DNA of 64,000 bases from an uncultured Methanospirillum sp. (GCA_964637135.1 CAZWTX010000001.1:62001-126000), one strand, 5' to 3'. Numbered from the stretch's first letter, positions 50,618 through 62,222 are shown. Notes: generated by a model from the letters alone, not told the origin. A program made the numbers and translations.

Positions 50618-51274
50618 TTATTTCATCGTGATTTCGATGTTATTGTCAAACTTGTGGGTTGCAAAGATCTCCATGGTCTGGTCCTCAAACCCGGCGAGAG
50701 AGACGGTCAGGATGTGATCCCCTTCGCTGAGTTTTGGTACGGTCAGGGGGGTTACGCCCCGTTCGATATCATCGATGACAACCCGTGCACCGGAGGGTTT
50801 TGAATAGATTACCACCGACCCGGTGCGGTTTGCATCGATCTCTGTGGCTCCGGCTTCAATGCCTTTCACCGCGATTGCCTCACTTGTTGCAGGGCTGAAC
50901 TGATCATTGCCGCCGTACGTCACCCTGAGATATGCCGGTTCAGATTCGTTTGGACGGAAAAATGAAAAGAATCCCTCACGGTCGGTGGCCTTGTTAGCCA
51001 TCACTTCAAAAGATTCCTCATCCGCAGGGCCTGATTTTGAAAACTCCAGGATTACCCGCTTATTGCCAAGCGGACTACCATCAGTGGCTGAGAGGACACC
51101 GGTCAGGGTAAATGATTCATCGATACCCGGCTCTTCCGGAGTGATCGTGAGATTCAGGGTTGTTCCGGTCTTATCAGCGAAGACAGAATTCCCCGGAACG
51201 AGAAGGATCAGGGCACATACCAGGAGGAGCGGTATCCCCCGGTACGCACGGAACGAATGAAAACGGGATGTCAT
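50618..51274 (-). CDS. Secreted Ig-like plus PEGA domain protein
   Basis: Signal peptide; C-terminal SKPSGARVVID..GVTPL..L..G.H.L...GF PEGA motif. Confidence 0.88.
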   Translation of the reverse strand: MTSRFHSFRAYRGIPLLLVCALILLVPGNSVFADKTGTTLNLTITPEEPGIDESFTLTGVLSATDGSPLGNKRVILEFSKSGPADEESFEVMANKATDREGFFSFFRPNESEPAYLRVTYGGNDQFSPATSEAIAVKGIEAGATEIDANRTGSVVIYSKPSGARVVIDDIERGVTPLTVPKLSEGDHILTVSLAGFEDQTMEIFATHKFDNNIEITMK

Positions 51275-51369
51275 GAAAAAAAGGTTCGCCGTGTATCCCT
51301 ATGAAGGTTCTATCGTACATCCCTGACGGGGGTGAATCTCCAATCTCTCTCCTGGCCGGGGATACCCGG

Positions 51370-54300
51370 TTATTCACGGCGATTCTGCCCATCCACGAGT
51401 GAGTGGAGCATCATAAGGAACGTGGTATCGTCCCATGGGGGGAGATCGATGATGTTCCGATCCAACACGCCATAGAGGGCACCGTTCACCGGTGTCATCC
51501 CGAGGATCCCGGCCGCCCGCCGGTAGACCTCGACCTGGAACCGGTACGCGGGATGCACACCAAAACCAGGTACCTCAACCGGCCCGGTTTTATAATCGAG
51601 GACCAGCCAGGTTCCATCAGGGAGAAGACCGATGTAATCCATCCTTCCGGTGAGGGCAATCCCGTCCATAACCACGGTGAAGGCCAACTCCCGTTCTACC
51701 CCGGTCATCCCGGAAATAACCGGATCCGAAGAGAATTCCCGGAATACTGATCTGATGAGGGCACCCTGTCCCGGATCAGTGATCCCGTACTCGCCGATGA
51801 CCAGATCAGGGTCTTTTCCCCTGAGTGCTTCGTGTACCGCAGATCCGAAGACCGCCCCTTCGCCCCGGGTCTCCGCGAACCCGGGACAGGGGATGCTCCC
51901 GGCGAGATCGGTGACCAGAAACGGGATCCCGTCCCGCGATCCGCGGGGGAGGGGGATCCTGATAAACCGTCCCGTAACCCCGGCAAGAGAGGGGTCTACT
52001 ACCAGCGGGGGGATTTTTTGCGAAACGGCTGCGGCATCCGGTTCCGGGCAGATAATGGCGATCTCCTGCGATGGGCCGTTCTCTCCCGGGATGATGACCT
52101 GCCCCGTCCTGATGGTATGATCCCGGATACCAAGAGCCGGCAGAATCCAGTCAAACCGTGACGACCCCGCACCATCGGGGAGGGGGGTTGCCGTGGTTCC
52201 GCTCATGATCAGGTGGTCGGCTGCCCGGGTCAGTGCAACGTAGAGAAGCCGTTTCTTCTCAGCTGCACGTTTCTCCTCGCCTTCCTCGTACAGGATGGTA
52301 TACACCGGGGTCGGCCCGGTTTTATACGCATCTTCAGGATCCGGGATTCGTACCCCGAGGAGATCCCGCGGTCCGTCCATGAGGATTGGATCAGGTCGTG
52401 ACGGGGGATTATGTGCCATCTCGGGGACATAGACAATCGGAAACTCAAGTCCCTTCGCTGCATGGATAGTCATGATCGTCACGGCATCATGCCCGGGATC
52501 GTCAATCATGGCTTCCCCTTCCGGTTCTTCCCGATCAAGGGCATCATGAAGATCAGCGACGAGGTCGGGGAGACGGTACTGTCTGCTCTCCTCCCGTTTC
52601 CTGATCAGGTCAAGGAGTTTTTCAATGTTTGAGAGGATCTGGTCTCCTTCAGTCATACCCCCGTACACGGCAAGGATCCCGGATTCATCAAGGATTGACC
52701 GGATGAGAGGAACAAGCCGTTTGCGCCCGGATGCTGCAAGCCATCCGGAGAGGAGGGCATACACGCGGGCAAACGCCGGCCCGTCATCTGCTGCCCGTGA
52801 AAGCCGGTCATAGAGGGTGGAGCCGGGATACCGGGTGAGGTTTGTGAGATCGCAGTCTGATAGTCCGAAATACGGTGACCGGAGCAGCCCGGTAAGATGG
52901 AGATCGTCGTACGGCCGGTAGAGGACACTTAGCAGACTGATGAGGTCGAGAATCTCCTGCCGCTGGTACAGGCCGGATCCCTTATGCACATAGTAGGGAA
53001 TATTCCGTGCCGCAAGAGCATGGAGATACTGTCCGAGTTTTGTCCGCCGCTCCAGGAGAATTGCGATATCGCGATATGCTGCCGGCCGGGTTGTGAAGGT
53101 CCGCAGACCACTGGAATCCCGTGGACCCTCCTCGTATACCGGAATGCCATCACTGATGTTCTTTACAATCGCGTCTGCGACGGCTTCCGGTTCGGTAAGA
53201 GTACCTTCCGGATCAACAAGTATCACGGAGACAGAACCGGTATGCCCGGCCCTCTCGCTGCTGACCCTGATGCGGTCATACGTGAACTCCCACGGATGGA
53301 CGGCCTCTGCAAAGAGATCTGAGAAGAGATGGTTTACCAGGGCGATAACTGCCGGAGAACTGCGGAAACAGACATCCAGCGGTATTTCCTTCCCCCGGCA
53401 CGGACCGGTGATCATATCACTCGCCTGCCTGAACCGGGTTACGTCGGCATCACGGAAGAGATAGATGGACTGCTTTGGATCACCGACGATGAATAATCCC
53501 TTCACGGCAGGTGACGGATCCCCGATGATCGCGGTGACGATCTCAAACTGTGCCGGATCCGTGTCCTGGAATTCATCGATGAGGATAAACCGGTACCGTT
53601 CCCTAAACGCCGTTTCAACGAGGTCAGGCCGGGTTCTGAAGAGCCGCCGGGTATGCCTGATGAGATCGGAAAAATCCATTCCGCCAGCCGATGCCTTTTC
53701 AGCATCGACGATGGAACAAAAGAGGGTAAAGGTCTCCCCGAGATCAGAGAGAAACCGGAGAGAAGAGTCGCTGAACGGATCTCCGGGGGTGAACGAGAGC
53801 TGTGCCCATCTTCCGGCATTCCTGAGCACCTCACGAAGAACCTTGTTATCAGCCCTGAGATCCTTGATGGTGTCTTCTCCCCAGAGTTTGCCAGAACCTG
53901 AACTTCCCACGGATTTTACCCCGAGAAACGAGGTGGCTATCTGGAGGAAGGGGTCAGGTGCGGTTTCATCCCGCATGCCATACAGGAACGGGATAACTTC
54001 CTGCAACCAGGCCATCGCTTTATCCGTGGCCGGGACATCATGTCCGGCATACCCGATTAATGCCAGAACCGATCGGCTGAACCGGGGGTCTTCCCTGATC
54101 CTCCTGACCTGCTCGTTCCTGAACCGCGAGATCTCTTCCTGCCAGCACGAGATGATCGCCGTGGGATCACCGGCAAGACGGGAGAAAAACCGTTCACTCT
54201 CTTCCCGGCGGGCATACAGATAATGAAGCATCTTCTCCAGGGTGAACTGACCGGCCACGGCAAGAACCCGGACAAGTGACCCGGCCGCCGAACCGGTCAC

Positions 54301-54735
54301 CGGGGTGTGGATCAGATCCTGGAACGAACGGGAGAGGATACGGGATGCTTCCCGTTCATCGAGCACGGTAAACGACGGGTCAAGACCGGCTATCAGTGCA
54401 TATTCCCTGAGTACCCCTGAACAGAACGAATGAAAGGTCTGCACCGGGGCAGCGAGAAACTCTACCCGTGCCTTCTCCCAGAACGGTCCTTCTTTTCCTT
54501 CAAGGGCAGCCCTGATCCGCTCTTTCATCTCGGCTGCGGCCTTGTCAGTGAATGTCAGGGCAAGGATGTTCGGAACGGATACCTGACCGGCTGAGGGTAC
54601 ACCTGCCCCGAAGGTCTCAAGAAGGTGGAGGTACCGGTTGACAAGCACATACGTTTTCCCGGTTCCGGCCCCTGCAGAGACCACGAGCGATACATCGCAG
54701 GTTGTGATCGCTTCTTCCTGCCGGTTCACGGTCAT
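51370..54735 (-). CDS. addA: AddA-like UvrD helicase-nuclease
   Basis: SAGAGTGKT, LTFTDKAAAEMKER, IDEFQDT, VGDPKQSIYLFR, TIHAAKGLEF and YVALTRA motifs; C-terminal GRMD..LDYKT nuclease. Confidence 0.92.
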   Translation of the reverse strand: MTVNRQEEAITTCDVSLVVSAGAGTGKTYVLVNRYLHLLETFGAGVPSAGQVSVPNILALTFTDKAAAEMKERIRAALEGKEGPFWEKARVEFLAAPVQTFHSFCSGVLREYALIAGLDPSFTVLDEREASRILSRSFQDLIHTPVTGSAAGSLVRVLAVAGQFTLEKMLHYLYARREESERFFSRLAGDPTAIISCWQEEISRFRNEQVRRIREDPRFSRSVLALIGYAGHDVPATDKAMAWLQEVIPFLYGMRDETAPDPFLQIATSFLGVKSVGSSGSGKLWGEDTIKDLRADNKVLREVLRNAGRWAQLSFTPGDPFSDSSLRFLSDLGETFTLFCSIVDAEKASAGGMDFSDLIRHTRRLFRTRPDLVETAFRERYRFILIDEFQDTDPAQFEIVTAIIGDPSPAVKGLFIVGDPKQSIYLFRDADVTRFRQASDMITGPCRGKEIPLDVCFRSSPAVIALVNHLFSDLFAEAVHPWEFTYDRIRVSSERAGHTGSVSVILVDPEGTLTEPEAVADAIVKNISDGIPVYEEGPRDSSGLRTFTTRPAAYRDIAILLERRTKLGQYLHALAARNIPYYVHKGSGLYQRQEILDLISLLSVLYRPYDDLHLTGLLRSPYFGLSDCDLTNLTRYPGSTLYDRLSRAADDGPAFARVYALLSGWLAASGRKRLVPLIRSILDESGILAVYGGMTEGDQILSNIEKLLDLIRKREESRQYRLPDLVADLHDALDREEPEGEAMIDDPGHDAVTIMTIHAAKGLEFPIVYVPEMAHNPPSRPDPILMDGPRDLLGVRIPDPEDAYKTGPTPVYTILYEEGEEKRAAEKKRLLYVALTRAADHLIMSGTTATPLPDGAGSSRFDWILPALGIRDHTIRTGQVIIPGENGPSQEIAIICPEPDAAAVSQKIPPLVVDPSLAGVTGRFIRIPLPRGSRDGIPFLVTDLAGSIPCPGFAETRGEGAVFGSAVHEALRGKDPDLVIGEYGITDPGQGALIRSVFREFSSDPVISGMTGVERELAFTVVMDGIALTGRMDYIGLLPDGTWLVLDYKTGPVEVPGFGVHPAYRFQVEVYRRAAGILGMTPVNGALYGVLDRNIIDLPPWDDTTFLMMLHSLVDGQNRRE

Positions 54736-57700
54736 GCCTCTTCCTCCCCGCCGGCTTCTCCCTGTCTGAACCGGTCATACCGGCAGATACCGGCATACGG
54801 ACAGAATGTCTCTTTACAGGGATCGCGGGTAACCGGGAATATTCCTCCCCTGATCCCGGAGATATACCTGCCTGCTGCAGCAAGTGCCCCGGACGTCACC
54901 TCCCGAAACCCGTCCGTTCCCTGGGTTCGTGAAGACACCCCGGCGATCTCCTTCCGTTCAGGATCAAGAAGGGACCATGCCTGTTTAATCTCCTGGCGAA
55001 CCTGCAGGTATGAACCGCCGATCCCGGTAAGAGGCTGGCTATCTCCGGCATGTTCCTGCTCAAGGGCGAGCAGGTAGAGGGGGAGCTGGAGGGCTTTTCC
55101 CTCGATGATCCGCTGCCAGTTCGGGTATGTACTTCCTGTCTTGTAATCAATGATCGCGAATCCGCCTCCCGGTGCGATATCGACCCGGTCAATTCGTCCC
55201 CGGATCCGGATCGGTTCATCCTCCCCGGTGTCGAGGGTGATTCCGTCCGGCTCCCCGATCGGGACTTCAAAGAGAGACGGGACCAACGGGCCGTTCTTTC
55301 CTGCTTCGTACCGGATAAACCGCTCATACAGCCCGGGGAGAGAAGGCAATCCCTGTAGTGAGGCAAGAGTCGCATGCCAGGCAGGACTGTCGTACGGGTA
55401 TCGTCCGCTGTTCTCCTCCCCGATTGCGGTGAGGAGCGCCGTTGCCTCTTCGATATCCGGCATCTGTATCCGGCGTGGTCCGGTGGCTGTCCAGGACTGG
55501 TAGAACGAACAGAGGGTATCATGCACCAGGGTTCCTTTCCTGGCCGGCGAAAGGGTCGGATCGACTTCGGGGAGGGGAGATATGCGGCAAACCCGTTCCA
55601 TGAAGAACCTGAACGGACAGGTTGCATACATTTCAAGGTTCGTCGGCGACCAGATCGTGTCCGCCCCGAACTGCCCGGGCTGGTTCAGCCAGGAAATAAT
55701 CCCGTCGTCACCGGCGAGAATGCCGTCATATGCGGTCTCTGGATCGCCGGTCCGGTACCATTCCTCAACAAGGATGCGGGTCGCAACATGAGTATACTCC
55801 TGCGATGCCGAAAGCCAGTCCAGAGGATCTCTTTCATCCCCGGGACGGTTTCTCCCGGCAAGGAGCCGTCCGGCTCTGATTGCAGCCTCTCGGGAAGACC
55901 GGGTGATGGTCCGTTCAAAGCCGGTCGCACACAGCCGGGTCCTGGCCCGTTCAAAAAACGAGGAGGAAAGACAGGTACGTTCATCGCGGCTTGCCGGTGC
56001 AGAGAGGAAAAGGTCCCTTCCGGCGAGCAGGGCAGAGAGGAAGTAGTACTTCTCCTCCCTGAGCACCTCGTCCAGGCTCCGGCTGCCGAGCAGTTCAGAT
56101 TCGCGGGAGGTGAGGAGGGGGAGCCGGGTTGAGGGATGGGGAATGTCGCCTTCAACGAGGCCGGCGAGGAAGAGAACCGGGATGTCCAGTCCGACGGTTT
56201 GCCGAAGACCCATGAGCCGGACTCCTCCGCCGACATGCGACAGCCTGACCGGTTCTTCAAGGAGCCCGGAGAGGATACGCCGGTACCGGGCAGGAGAGAC
56301 TGGTTCTCCGGGAGGGAGGATAGACGTGATCTCACCCAGGGCAGCAAGAAACAGGCGGACTGCCTGGTATTCACGACCGTGGAGGGGATCTGATCCAGCC
56401 GGGTGCCTGATCTCAGGAATGGTCCACCGTTCGATCACCTGGTTTACGATCCCGGCGAGATCGGATGGTACGTGATTCCCGGAGAGCCGCCCGATATCTT
56501 CCTGGAGTTCCCGGATCCAGGTCATCACCCGGGAGATTTCATCATCGGAAAACCGGGGGGTCTCTCCTGCATCACCACCGGAGAATGCCTGCAGACGGGA
56601 TAGCTGTTCCTCCCAGCCAAAACCTCCTTCAATTCCCGCCTCCCGGCAGATGAGATCAAACCGGGAGAGCGGACAGGCCGGAAGGTCTGGCTGCCGGATT
56701 TTAAAATACGGACTTCCGAGAAGGGCGATAACCCCTTCCCGTGGCCACTGGTCGATGACCAGGGACAAAAAGAGGAGAAGAAAGGTGATCACCGGTTCCC
56801 GAGCGAGGGGTTCACCGGCATCGGCCTGCCAGGGTATCCCGAAGTCATCGAGCACTTCGGTGATCGGGGAGAGGACCGTGGTGATATCCGGATATGCGAT
56901 AACGATCTCCCCGGGATTGTGGCCCTCGGAAACCAGGTGATAGATCTCCTCGGCAATAGCTTCGTATTCATCGAGGGGGGTCGAGAAGATCGCTGTCCTG
57001 ATGCGATCATCAGGATTGACCGGAGCAGAGGTAAACAGGGCTGCCCTTCCGGCGGATTCCGGGAGTCCGGGGAGGATGACCCGGTCACCGGGAGGGATAC
57101 CATCCGGCAGGGAGAAGAGATCGCGATCTCCTCCCGGTGGAGATTCCCACCGGAACGTTGCCGACCGGGATGTTATTGCCCTGATAAGCCGTCTCTCCCG
57201 GGGGGCCGGCTCCGGGATATGGATCATCCTGACGGTCTCATACGCGGGGCCGATACCTGACCCAAGAGCAGTGATGGTCCACTCGATCAGGGCAGGGGTG
57301 TCAAGGAAATGACGGGATGACAGGTATTGCCGGTACGCATCACGAATTATCGAGAGCTGACGAAAGGTCAGGGATTCTTCAGAGCAGGCATGGAGGGCGG
57401 CCTCCATCTCCCGCTGGGAGATGACACCGAGGAGAGTTGACAGATCTGCAACCGTTCCTGCTGACGGGGGGCCGGCAGCGAAAAATAACGGGATCTCCTC
57501 CCTGATCTGTTCCAGGACCACTGCAAGGAGAACCGGTGCCTGGCTGTCCGGGATACTCCGGGTATCCATCCCGTATTCGGTATGAAATGACCGGCAGAAT
57601 CCATGCAGCGTGGTTATCCGATCAGGGTTGAACGGGATGGAACGCCCGGTCAGCGTGGAGCATACCTCGTCAACGAGGACTGCGGTTGGAAGGATGAGAA

Positions 57701-57755
57701 GATCCCGGGGGCCTGGCGGAGAGAGCAGCGGTATGGAAGAGAGGGAACGTGACAC
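54732..57755 (-). CDS. addB: AddB-like inactive helicase / PD-(D/E)XK nuclease with Fe-S staple
   Basis: WSPT.LE.Y..CPFRFF, GRIDRVD, IIDYKTG, LQLPLY and terminal C....CPY..IC motifs; GTG start; ATGA-coupled to addA. Confidence 0.9.
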   Translation of the reverse strand: MSRSLSSIPLLSPPGPRDLLILPTAVLVDEVCSTLTGRSIPFNPDRITTLHGFCRSFHTEYGMDTRSIPDSQAPVLLAVVLEQIREEIPLFFAAGPPSAGTVADLSTLLGVISQREMEAALHACSEESLTFRQLSIIRDAYRQYLSSRHFLDTPALIEWTITALGSGIGPAYETVRMIHIPEPAPRERRLIRAITSRSATFRWESPPGGDRDLFSLPDGIPPGDRVILPGLPESAGRAALFTSAPVNPDDRIRTAIFSTPLDEYEAIAEEIYHLVSEGHNPGEIVIAYPDITTVLSPITEVLDDFGIPWQADAGEPLAREPVITFLLLFLSLVIDQWPREGVIALLGSPYFKIRQPDLPACPLSRFDLICREAGIEGGFGWEEQLSRLQAFSGGDAGETPRFSDDEISRVMTWIRELQEDIGRLSGNHVPSDLAGIVNQVIERWTIPEIRHPAGSDPLHGREYQAVRLFLAALGEITSILPPGEPVSPARYRRILSGLLEEPVRLSHVGGGVRLMGLRQTVGLDIPVLFLAGLVEGDIPHPSTRLPLLTSRESELLGSRSLDEVLREEKYYFLSALLAGRDLFLSAPASRDERTCLSSSFFERARTRLCATGFERTITRSSREAAIRAGRLLAGRNRPGDERDPLDWLSASQEYTHVATRILVEEWYRTGDPETAYDGILAGDDGIISWLNQPGQFGADTIWSPTNLEMYATCPFRFFMERVCRISPLPEVDPTLSPARKGTLVHDTLCSFYQSWTATGPRRIQMPDIEEATALLTAIGEENSGRYPYDSPAWHATLASLQGLPSLPGLYERFIRYEAGKNGPLVPSLFEVPIGEPDGITLDTGEDEPIRIRGRIDRVDIAPGGGFAIIDYKTGSTYPNWQRIIEGKALQLPLYLLALEQEHAGDSQPLTGIGGSYLQVRQEIKQAWSLLDPERKEIAGVSSRTQGTDGFREVTSGALAAAGRYISGIRGGIFPVTRDPCKETFCPYAGICRYDRFRQGEAGGEEEA

Positions 57756-57947
57756 GATTTGCTCCAGAGGTATCGTGAAATATCCGGGTTACTCTGACTT
57801 ATGATGATCGAATGAGAACCGGACCCGGCCAGGGGGAAATTGCAATCCGGTTGTTTCATACCCGCGGGTTTCCAGTGATGCCCGCTGATCCGGACCGTTG
57901 CCAGGGCAAAGAGACACCTTTAACCGTTCCGGTTCGTACAAACCAGT

Positions 57948-58514
57948 ATGGAGTTTTCATTTTTTTCATCAGGTGATGAACTCTCCTCCAATATCACCGG
58001 GATCAATGAATACCGGGCAAAACTCGAGGAGGCAGTGCAGTCCTGTACCGATGTTATCGCCGGGGACCCGGAAAACCAGGACGCCTGGACAAACAAGGGG
58101 ATTGCACTCTATCTTCTCGGACAGTACGACGAAGCCATGGCGGCCTGCACGGCAGCCATCGCTCTCGACTCGCAGAATGTCACGGCACTGAACACGAAAG
58201 GATTAATCCTCACCGCCCTGGAACGATACGAGGAAGCAGTCGATACGTTTGTGATAGCAACCGGATTCTCGCCTGAATATGCCGATGCCTGGAATAACAA
58301 GGGGACTGCCCTTGTACATCTCGGGAAAATGGACGATGCACTTGCTTCGTTCGAAGAGGCCATCAGGATTGATCCTGAATATGCCGATGCCTGGACAAAC
58401 AAGGGCAATATCCTGAACTGCCTGGGACGATACGAGGAAGCACTGGAAGCCTACGACCGGGCCATCGTGTTCGGTGAGAACAGTCCCGAATCAGGCACCA
58501 ATACCATTGCCTGA
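57948..58514 (+). CDS. Tetratricopeptide repeat protein
   Basis: Four TPR units (AWTNKG/AWNNKG); CCTGAATATGCCGATGCCTGGA recurs at a 102-nt spacing. Confidence 0.92.
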   Translation: MEFSFFSSGDELSSNITGINEYRAKLEEAVQSCTDVIAGDPENQDAWTNKGIALYLLGQYDEAMAACTAAIALDSQNVTALNTKGLILTALERYEEAVDTFVIATGFSPEYADAWNNKGTALVHLGKMDDALASFEEAIRIDPEYADAWTNKGNILNCLGRYEEALEAYDRAIVFGENSPESGTNTIA

Positions 58515-58672
58515 TCCTGTTCACCGGTCGGGTGGAAGCGGCGGGGAAGACGACCTGTAATCTTTTTCATGATAAACCCTGATTGGTATACTATCGCAGA
58601 CTGGTTCATCAGCCTCCGCTGCCGGGGTACCCGGTAGACATATGATGACCGGATCCAGCCAGGAAAAACGGC

Positions 58673-60028
58673 ATGAAAAACAGTATTGTCCCGTTCATTA
58701 CCGGTATTCTCTGTAGTATCGGGATCATCACCGCAGCAGCAGCCGGTCTGCAGGTCATGCCTGAGACGGTTCTTGCCCAGACAGGTACCGGTATTCAGCC
58801 GTTCCCCCTGCTTTTTCCCGCCGCCATCCCGGTACCGGTAACCGGAACCGGGGGTACCACTCCCGGATTGAATAATACCAGCCTTATGACGGGATCATCA
58901 GGAACCGGGACCGGTTCTGACAGGTTCTTCACCGAGGCTGATATCAACCTGGTATCACAGGAGACGATCAACGGCCTGGTGATCGACGAGCGGATCACCG
59001 GCCCCGGTCTCCCCCCGGAAGGATGGGTTGAAACAAGCGATGTCGTCGATCTCTCCGATGTCTCGGTCAGCACGCTCCCGTCAGATGAGGTTCCGGCAAT
59101 GACCTGGTCATATGGCTGTTCCCCGACTTCAGCCACCATGATGTTCGGGTACTATGACCGGAGCGGGTATTCAAATATGTACACCGGCCCGACCGGCGGA
59201 GGAGTGTTTCCCCTGACGAATGCGGCCTGGGGGTCCTCATCCGAGGGAAACGGGCAGTGTCCGCTCACCGCCTCCCAACAGGGACTTGACGGACGAAGCA
59301 CGAAAGGACATAAGGATGACTACTATTACCTCTCTGAATCCTCGGTCGATCCATATTATGGATCCTGGACCGAGCATATCCCCCCTGACTGTATTGGTGA
59401 TTTCATGGGCACCAATATGTACCAGAAATATACGAATATCGACGGGAGCACGAGATTCTGGTATTATAACAACGGTGCACCGACCTACGATTTTACCCTG
59501 TATGACAGCACCAGCCGTGACGGAATGCACGGGATGAGACTATTTGCCGAATCAAGGGGCTATACCGTGACCACCAATTATAACCAGTATATCGATGCCA
59601 TGGGTCTCACGTACGGGTTCACGTATGCCCAGTACAAGGCTGAAATTGATGCCGGCTATCCCGTACTCATCCAGGTGAACGGGCATACGATGCTCGGGGT
59701 CGGCTACTCGGGAACAAACCAGGTGATTCTTCACAATACCTGGGATTACTCAAAACATACAATGACCTGGGGTGGATCCTATTCCGGGAGACAGCATTAC
59801 GGGGTCGGGGTTCTTCACCTGGGACCAATCCCCATCGAGGCACGGTTTTACGGAGTCCCGGGAGTGACGGTCAGACCCCTGACCATCCAGTTTTACGATG
59901 CGTCGGTCGGCACCGCGGCTTCATGGTACTGGGACTTTGGTGACGGGGAGAATTCAACCGAACAAAATCCCGTTCACACGTATGATGACCCCGGTACCTA
60001 CACGGTAAACCTGACTGTTGGAACCTGA
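58673..60028 (+). CDS. Secreted papain-like cysteine peptidase (C10/C39-like) with C-terminal PKD domain
   Basis: Signal peptide; GCSPTS (Cys), PVLIQVNGH (His) and HNTW motifs; PKD motif [26 protein letters not shown]. Confidence 0.82.
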   Translation: MKNSIVPFITGILCSIGIITAAAAGLQVMPETVLAQTGTGIQPFPLLFPAAIPVPVTGTGGTTPGLNNTSLMTGSSGTGTGSDRFFTEADINLVSQETINGLVIDERITGPGLPPEGWVETSDVVDLSDVSVSTLPSDEVPAMTWSYGCSPTSATMMFGYYDRSGYSNMYTGPTGGGVFPLTNAAWGSSSEGNGQCPLTASQQGLDGRSTKGHKDDYYYLSESSVDPYYGSWTEHIPPDCIGDFMGTNMYQKYTNIDGSTRFWYYNNGAPTYDFTLYDSTSRDGMHGMRLFAESRGYTVTTNYNQYIDAMGLTYGFTYAQYKAEIDAGYPVLIQVNGHTMLGVGYSGTNQVILHNTWDYSKHTMTWGGSYSGRQHYGVGVLHLGPIPIEARFYGVPGVTVRPLTIQFYDASVGTAASWYWDFGDGENSTEQNPVHTYDDPGTYTVNLTVGT

Positions 60029-61134
60029 TACTGGCAGGAAAGGCCTGAAGGAGTGCCATACCCCGCATCCGGTTTTTTGGGAGCGGAATAACCAGAAGCA
60101 TACCGGTTTTCTGCCCGGAACATCAGAGGAGGGTCTGTGGCAATACATCTGAATATCCTTTCTACATGAGAACCCCAGAGCAGAGGACGGTTTCAGGAGG
60201 GTACCCGGAATCGGATCATCCGGGTCAGGCTCCCTTTTCCATACCAGTGAATCACCCGGGTGTTTCATATTGCTTTCTGCAGGGCAGCCCGGTTCCTGTT
60301 TCAGACGGAGAACGGCTATGGAGACAATCCGACCCTGAACCCGGACGAATCGGAATACCTAAACCGGTTCACCGGTAATCAGGAGAAATCCATTCCGGAC
60401 AGGTGGTGAAGATCAGAGGAATTAATACCGCGTATCCCCGAATGGAACCGCCTCCTTTCCCTTCGATCATTTACTGATTCCTGATGGCATGACCCTGTGA
60501 TCAGGCTGCATGTCAGGATGACACCAGGCATGACTGATAGATCCACCTGGTAGCCCTGCGGAGAGTGACTGAGGAGAGCGGGAATCCGGCAAAGATTCTG
60601 CAGCGGTCGGGGAGCATGAACGAAAAAATAGTAGAGATGTGCTAACGGATTTTAAAATGGAAACATTTAATCCGGAGAAACTATTTTGGGCGGCAGATTC
60701 AGGATCACAGAAGAGAATATACTCAGGCCATCAAACAATCTGATGGGGCCCCGTGTGTTCCCTTTTTACCGCCCGCATAAAAAGATCTCATTAATAATCA
60801 CATTATTTTTTTATTCCTACCCTCTACTCTTCCGGATTCAGAGCGGAAGGTTCCGCTCTTCTGCTAAAAAATGCCTCTTTTCACCGCTCTCCCGCTCTGA
60901 CGATCCAGACCCGACTGCTTCTGCCAGAGGAGCAACCCGATAACCCGGGTGGAGAGAGATACCAATCTTCAATGGACCCGGAGTCCGGGATATCATGCAT
61001 CTTCGGCAGATCTGAAGGATATCTCCTTTGCTATCCTTATGGATACGTTTTCCTTTTTGTGTTAGTATGGAATATATATCACGCAGGAGCCGGAACGATT
61101 CCCGGCCGCTATGGAATTGATGAGGGCGGTATCA

Positions 61135-61971
61135 ATGAAACGGAAGATCATCTCAATTGACGATGAAAAATGTACCGGGTGCGGACAATGTATCCCGGAT
61201 TGTCCGGAGGGAGCCATCCGGATGATCGAAGGAAAGGCTCGTCTCATCAATGATCTCTTCTGTGATGGCCTTGGTGCCTGCATCGGTACCTGCCCGGAAG
61301 GAGCGATCACGGTAATAGAACGGGAGGCAGAAGCCTATGATGAGGCGGCAGTAATGGAGAATATCGTGAGGCAGGGCCCGGCAGTGATCGCTGCCCATCT
61401 TGAACACCTGCTCTCCCACGGAGAACAGAATCTCTATACCCAGGCGATTGAATTCCTTCATGAACACCAGATCCCGGTTCCCGGAAAACAGCCCGGAAGT
61501 TGCGGTGATTCCCACGGGCATCATCCGTTTGCAGGATGTCCGGGTGCTGCTGCACGAACTATTTCCCGCCCGGAGCAGTCTTCCGCTCCGTCAGGAGCAC
61601 CGAGAGTCTCAGAACTGAAGCAATGGCCCGTTCAGCTCCGGCTCCTCAATCCCGGGGCATCGTATTTCGATAATGCCGATATCCTGGTGGCTGCGGATTG
61701 TGTTCCCTTCGCGTATGCCGGTTTTCACGAGGATTTTCTGAAAGGGAAGATCGTCATCATCTTCTGTCCGAAACTTGATGCCGATATCACCGATTATATC
61801 GAGAAAATGACGGCGATATTCACAAACCATGCTGTCCGTTCGGTGACTATGGTTCACATGGAGGTTCCCTGTTGCAGTGGGATAACCCACGTGGTGAACC
61901 AGGCACTCGCCCGGTCAGGGAAGCATATCCCGGTGCATGATGTTACCATCACCATTACCGGAACGATCTAA
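61135..61971 (+). CDS. 4Fe-4S dicluster ferredoxin-domain protein
   Basis: CTGCGQCIPDCPEGA and CDGLGACIGTCP clusters; conserved C-terminal GCPG, QWPVQL, ADC, CPKLD and MEVPCC motifs. Confidence 0.92.
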   Translation: MKRKIISIDDEKCTGCGQCIPDCPEGAIRMIEGKARLINDLFCDGLGACIGTCPEGAITVIEREAEAYDEAAVMENIVRQGPAVIAAHLEHLLSHGEQNLYTQAIEFLHEHQIPVPGKQPGSCGDSHGHHPFAGCPGAAARTISRPEQSSAPSGAPRVSELKQWPVQLRLLNPGASYFDNADILVAADCVPFAYAGFHEDFLKGKIVIIFCPKLDADITDYIEKMTAIFTNHAVRSVTMVHMEVPCCSGITHVVNQALARSGKHIPVHDVTITITGTI

Positions 61972-62222
61972 TAACCGGGGGAGGATTGCCCGCTGATACC
62001 GCTGCTATCCGGGATGAAGACCTATCTCCGCTCCCCGATCAGATCCCTTCCATCCATCCCATACCGTGGTATCCGTCATGGGTGCCGGGATACACCGGAG
62101 TTCCTCCACCAGGACTCCCGGAATCCACGAGCAACGGGATGGACTATGGCCGGGGAGGAGCCGCTCAGGACCCAGGGTTCTGGTGGCTTTATCATCTCCC
62201 GGGGGAATACCCACAGGTAGTC

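Noticed and set aside
60026..60095. Stop-codon readthrough or frameshift completing the short PKD domain
   Set aside because: Neither downstream frame I translated gives a convincing final PKD strand.
61986..62222. N-terminal extension of the C39 peptidase from the TTG at 61986
   Set aside because: A clear signal peptide begins at ATG 62223, and the extension is Pro-rich with no motif.
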